Source: Planctomycetota bacterium
GTDB lineage: Bacteria; Planctomycetota; UBA1135; UBA2386
NCBI GenBank assembly: GCA_046290465.1
Contig: JBKAGP010000001.1
Coordinates: 3,104,001 to 3,168,000 of the forward strand
Reading direction: 5' to 3'
Length of the DNA stretch: 64,000 bases
A program made the translations under genes and the position numbers. This document shows positions 63,195 to 64,000 of this stretch, one piece after another. Position 1 is the stretch's first letter. The number at the start of each line of letters is the position of its first letter. Under the pieces are notes generated by a model. The model was not told where the DNA came from and ran no database searches. It was given only the letters and a program-made list of their open reading frames with translations.

Positions 63195-63998
63195 TCACGC
63201 CTGTGCTGCCGGCACCATCTCGACGCCGAAGTCGTCGATCGGGGTGCCGTAGCCGACGCAGTCCAGCGCTGAGCCGATCCGGGCGACGCCGCCGGAGATG
63301 CGCAGCGTCACCGAGCCGTCGCCGAAGCTGCGGTAGAGGTCGCCGTGCTCTCGCCGGGCGCGCCGCTGCAGGTCGGCCGGCAGATGGTCGAGCCCGCGGA
63401 AGTAGTGGTGGCCGTTGCGCTCGACGTGCGGCAGCCCGAGCACGCTGCCGGTCACCAGGTCCTGCTGCAGCGCGAGCACGCCGACGTTGGTCAGGTCCTC
63501 GCCGCTCTGGAACAGGCCGTCGTGGCGACGGCAGACGCCGAAGTTGGCGAGCGCGCGGAACACGCCCTTGCAGTTCTTGACCGAGACGCCGCGGTAGCCG
63601 AGTTCGCGCGCCCGCTGGAACGACTGCGGCGTCGCGTCGGCCTCGTCGATGATCAGCGGCGCGAACCGGCCAACGCGCGCGACCGCGCGGTGCCGGTCCG
63701 GGTCGAAGGTGACCGCGCGCGCCAGCGGTTGCTCGATCCAGACCAGCCGCTCGAGCAAGCGCGCGCCGAGCGGCTCGCCGGCGACCGACTCGAGCAGTTG
63801 CGCGATCGCGTCCAGGTCGGAGTACTGTTCGTTGCCGTCCAGGCTGAAGCCCGGCAGGTCGCCACGCTCGTCGAAGAACCGCGCCAGCTCGAGCAGCCGT
63901 TCGCGGTCGCGGTCGACGCCGGCGCCGATCTTGACCTTGAACCAGGACAGGCCGTAGATGTCGAGGTCGTCCTCGAGGGTCTGCGGCAGGCCGTCGTT
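63195..63998 (-). CDS. Enolase-superfamily (mandelate racemase/MLE-like) protein; 5' truncated by window edge
   Basis: Frame open to the edge: DGLPQTL..WFKVKI (KxK), LDGNEQY, IEQP, IDEAD, KNCKG, EDLTN, ERNGHHY. Confidence 0.85.
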   Translation of the reverse strand, partial: NDGLPQTLEDDLDIYGLSWFKVKIGAGVDRDRERLLELARFFDERGDLPGFSLDGNEQYSDLDAIAQLLESVAGEPLGARLLERLVWIEQPLARAVTFDPDRHRAVARVGRFAPLIIDEADATPQSFQRARELGYRGVSVKNCKGVFRALANFGVCRRHDGLFQSGEDLTNVGVLALQQDLVTGSVLGLPHVERNGHHYFRGLDHLPADLQRRARREHGDLYRSFGDGSVTLRISGGVARIGSALDCVGYGTPIDDFGVEMVPAAQA

Positions 63999-64000
63999 GC

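Overview
High-GC bacterial DNA, very likely Planctomycetota: it carries a DUF1501 + DUF1549/DUF1553 pair, an ECF sigma/Ser-Thr kinase pair and an ECF fused to carboxypeptidase-regulatory-like repeats. Recognisable content includes the 3' part of a selenoneine-pathway glycosyltransferase (SenB-like), a type IV pilus/T2SS-like cluster (8.1-18.1 kb), leuS, Dus, CutC, a Na+:solute symporter, a monomodular type I PKS with DH embedded in KR, three ECF sigma factors and assorted enzymes. The main result is two paralogous, probably secreted thioredoxin-like genes (28148-29350 minus; 37503-38663 plus). The ORF track splits each in two, but both read GHPLGCT-[TGA]-NNGV in frame and each TGA is followed by a SECIS-like hairpin. 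They are very probably hidden selenoproteins with a CxU motif. Also noted: an unclassified ~146-nt structured RNA behind a sigma70-like promoter (42.4 kb), three families of short intergenic repeats, a lower-GC Abi-like gene, a frameshifted ABC-permease remnant and signs of leaderless transcription. All family calls come from motif recognition by eye; no searches were run.
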